Assembly: GCA_022711765.1 (NCBI GenBank)
Contig: JAKLEB010000002.1
Location: 689,726 to 753,725, forward strand
Origin: Candidatus Krumholzibacteriota bacterium
GTDB taxonomy: Bacteria; Krumholzibacteriota; Krumholzibacteriia; LZORAL124-64-63
Length of the DNA stretch: 64,000 bases
Direction: 5' to 3'
A model generated the notes under the pieces. The model was not told where the DNA came from. It saw nothing but the letters and a program-made list of their open reading frames with translations, and searched no databases. Positions 61,914-64,000 of the stretch are shown here, piece by piece (positions within the stretch are counted from its first letter, which is position 1; each line of letters starts with the position of its first letter). The translations under genes were made by a program, and so were the position numbers.

Positions 61914-62382
61914 ATGGTCCGCATCACGTTCACCGTACGACGGTCGGCTACGGGGACGACTACGACGAGCTCTGCCCCGTGCTGGCATCCGGCTCGCCGG
62001 ACGTGGTCTACCGGTTCGCGCCGCAGGCCGACGTCACGGTCGACATCGACACGTGGGGATCGCAGTTCGACACCAAGATCTACGTCTACCGCGACGACTT
62101 CCAGCTGGTGGCGTGCAACGGCGACTACTGGAGCGAAGGGACCTCGCGGATCGACGCGCTGCCGCTCGCTGCGAGCGTGAAATCCTTCCTCGTCGTCGAC
62201 GGCCTTGTCGAGATCACCGGCGATGCGGAGGAACCCGCCGGGCTGATGGAGCTGGCGCCGGGCGAATGCGGAAACGTCGCGATCGTCCAGGCGTCGCCGA
62301 TACCACGCCGTGGGCCGGGCCCGCGGCGCCGGTCGCCATCGAGACCCGCACCTGGACGGCAGCGAAGGGCCAATTCCGCTGA
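61914..62382 (+). pseudogene. small gene with strong RBS whose coding signal hops between three frames (two apparent -1 frameshifts); beta-sandwich/PPC-like domain
   Basis: GGGGAGGGAG then ATG 61914 (frame 0) yields junk after about 8 codons. Strong GC3-biased coding from about 61940 to 62300 lies in the frame of track ORF 61820..62692 (DIDTWGSQFDTKIYVYRDDFQLVACNGDYW...). Coding signal then continues in the frame ending at TGA 62382 (...VADTTPWAGPAAPVAIETRTWTAAKGQFR). Confidence 0.35.
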
Positions 62383-62482
62383 CCGCGCTGGCTTGGCGGA
62401 GCAACCCGCGTCGTGCCGGAGCGCTTCGTCGTCGAAGCGTCCTCTTGTCCGCCCTCTCCGCTCGCCCGCACAGGAACGAAGA

Positions 62483-62512
62483 AAGGCCGTCTCCCTGAAG
62501 GAAAACGGCCTT
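62483..62512 (-). terminator. hairpin between convergent genes
   Basis: aaggccgt-ctccctgaaggaaa-acggcctt, 8-bp stem. It lies 20 nt past the stop of the 62532..63251 gene; the minus-strand RNA has a U-rich stretch after the stem. Confidence 0.4.
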
Positions 62513-62531
62513 GACCGGGGGTCACTCCAGA

Positions 62532-63251
62532 TCAACGGAACAGGGACTTCACCGTGGTCCAGGACTCCTGCTCGACCACGACCAGGCCCTTGGCGGGATC
62601 GTCGAGCGACACGTGCACGCGGCGCCCGCTGCCCGGAACGATACCGTCGACGCAGATCTCGTCGATCGCGAACTCCTGACCGCCGACGGTGAACCGGTCC
62701 ACGTGACCGACCAGCCGGCTGATGCCCTTCTTCCCGCCTGGCACGGCCACCTCCATCACGCTGTAGGCGACTCCGGGCGCGATCGCCGCCGGCGCCAGGT
62801 CCAGCTCGCCGACGTACAGCGGCGCGCCGTTCACGCGGAGGTTCTCGAAACCGCCGAGATCGAGCCAGTGAAACGTCACCGTGGTCACGACGATGCCCAG
62901 GCCGCTGAGATCGAAGGTCAGATTGACGTTGTTCTCGCGGCAGATGTTGACGTTGCCGAACACGAACGGCGCCACGATCGCGGGAACGATGCCGGCGCCG
63001 CCGAACGCCGACCCGCCGCCGGGGAACATGAACTGGTTGGCGGACACGGTGATGCCGTCCTCGACGAACAGGACGTCGCCCGGCATGACGCCGGTGGCCG
63101 GGCTGAAGACGGTGCCGGCGACGAGCGTGTCGAACGTCACCTCGGCCTCGCAGGCGTCGGCGGCGAACGGCACCCCGGTGACGAAGGCCAGGATCACGAT
63201 CAAGACGACGGCGCTGGTTCGCGGCGTACGGATCTCGGTGGACGTACTCAT
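62532..63251 (-). CDS. hypothetical secreted protein
   Basis: ATG with AGGAGG RBS; signal peptide MSTSTEIRTPRTSAVVLIVILAFVTGVPFAADA; 239 aa; GC3-biased. The longer 388-aa track ORF extends upstream as junk. Confidence 0.6.
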   Translation of the reverse strand: MSTSTEIRTPRTSAVVLIVILAFVTGVPFAADACEAEVTFDTLVAGTVFSPATGVMPGDVLFVEDGITVSANQFMFPGGGSAFGGAGIVPAIVAPFVFGNVNICRENNVNLTFDLSGLGIVVTTVTFHWLDLGGFENLRVNGAPLYVGELDLAPAAIAPGVAYSVMEVAVPGGKKGISRLVGHVDRFTVGGQEFAIDEICVDGIVPGSGRRVHVSLDDPAKGLVVVEQESWTTVKSLFR

Positions 63252-63525
63252 GACATTCCTCCTGTCGGCTGAGGATTCCCTGGAGCGGCCGGGGCTTGGT
63301 CCCCGCGTTCCTTCATCCTCGTGTGCCGGGACATGCGCAGGCCGGTCGCCGGATGTGCAGTCGGCGGTGCCGAAACTCCCGGCCGGTTGAACGGGCCGTG
63401 TCCGTCGCCGGGGAGACGGCGACAGAAATCGGAGTATATTAATCCGGTGTTGCCGGACGGCGGCGACGAGTCGCTGCACATCGAGACGGGGAAATGCGCA
63501 TCTCCCGGACAAAGGGAGTTCGATC

Positions 63526-64000
63526 GTGACCACTGGCCGCTTCATCGCCCTCGCCTTGCTCGCCAACGTCTTGCCGTACGCGACCGCCCGTGCGACCACC
63601 CGTGTCGTCGATCCCGGCGGCGGCGGCGACTTCACGGCCATCCAGCCCGCGCTCGCGGCGGCGGCGCCGGGCGACCTGGTGCTGGTCGTCCCCGGCACCT
63701 ACACCGGACCGGACAACCGGAACCTCGACTTCGGCGGGAAGGACCTGACGCTCCGGTCCACGAACGGCGCCGCCGCCACCACCATCGACGCCGAGAACGC
63801 CGGCCGCGCGTTCACGTTCGATTCGGGGGAGTCGGGTGCGGCCACCGTCGACGGATTCACGATCATCCGCGCGCCGGCGGGCAGCGCGCTGCGCATCGCC
63901 GGCGGCGCGTCGCCGACGATTCGCGACTGCCGATTCGAGGGCAACGCCGTCGCCGGCGCGCCGGGCGGCGCCGTGTCCTGCCTGGGCTCGTCGCCCGTGT
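63526..64000 (+). CDS. secreted right-handed parallel beta-helix repeat protein (pectate-lyase-fold); continues beyond the window
   Basis: GTG start after AAGGGAG; signal peptide VTTGRFIALALLANVLPYATARA; GGGGDFTAIQPALAAAAPGDLVLVVPGTYTG...TIRDCRF typical of NosD/pectin-lyase-like beta-helix proteins. Confidence 0.55.
   Translation, partial: MTTGRFIALALLANVLPYATARATTRVVDPGGGGDFTAIQPALAAAAPGDLVLVVPGTYTGPDNRNLDFGGKDLTLRSTNGAAATTIDAENAGRAFTFDSGESGAATVDGFTIIRAPAGSALRIAGGASPTIRDCRFEGNAVAGAPGGAVSCLGSSPV

Noticed and set aside
61914-62180. 88-aa ORF starting at the strong RBS
   Set aside because: Translation becomes Ser/Thr/Arg junk after a few codons; real coding signal is in another frame (see the frameshifted small-gene finding).
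62532-63698. 388-aa extent of the minus-strand ORF
   Set aside because: Upstream 149 codons are Arg/Pro/Ser-rich junk. AGGAGG-ATG and a signal peptide mark the true start at 63251.

Overview
This 64 kb window is about 70% GC and is densely packed with genes, many with 4-nt start/stop overlaps. It looks like bacterial chromosome from an uncultivated high-GC lineage. At least five secreted proteins end in the same roughly 75-aa FlgD-Ig-like 'NPFNP...GVY' C-terminal domain. Most long ORFs in the six-frame track are off-frame artefacts of the high GC (Arg/Ala/Gly/Pro-rich), so I called genes only where the translation shows recognisable family motifs.

Main content, left to right:
- Housekeeping and transport: an ArsB/NhaD-type permease (partial), a GT4 glycosyltransferase, a MarC membrane protein, an orphan dCache methyl-accepting chemotaxis protein, a serine beta-lactamase-family hydrolase, an MBL-fold hydrolase, lipA, a GHL10 lipoprotein and a SAM methyltransferase.
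- An FG-GAP protein, DUF2461, archaeal-type proS and speA.
- A minus-strand colinear cluster: DUF362 (Tat signal), NapH-like polyferredoxin, a secreted hypothetical, arginine deiminase, cydA and cydB.
- A CRTAC1/ASPIC-UnbV giant protein.
- A roughly 4.2 kb low-GC (about 50%) segment carrying a 1172-aa metzincin-motif secreted protein.
- A shikimate supercluster: trpG/pabA, aroA, aroE, an aroK-aroB fusion, aroQ and aroC.
- A CGNR regulator divergent from a DksA-zinc-finger/PP2C phosphatase, a PhzF-family protein, a MocR/PdxR-like regulator with pdxS and pdxT, a YHS-domain CopA and a FemAB-like GNAT.

Most notable: a 7-gene, translationally coupled module (49403-57380). It encodes an HTH plus PTS-EIIA(Ntr) regulator, then HyfB-, HyfC-, HyfE- and HyfF-like membrane subunits, then a NuoC/NuoD-like 'large subunit' that has lost the [NiFe]-ligating cysteines, then a fused NuoI-NuoB (ferredoxin plus small subunit) protein. 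This resembles an Ehr-type complex-I/group-4-hydrogenase relative of unknown substrate with an unusual regulator. No rRNA, tRNA, CRISPR or transposase genes were recognised.
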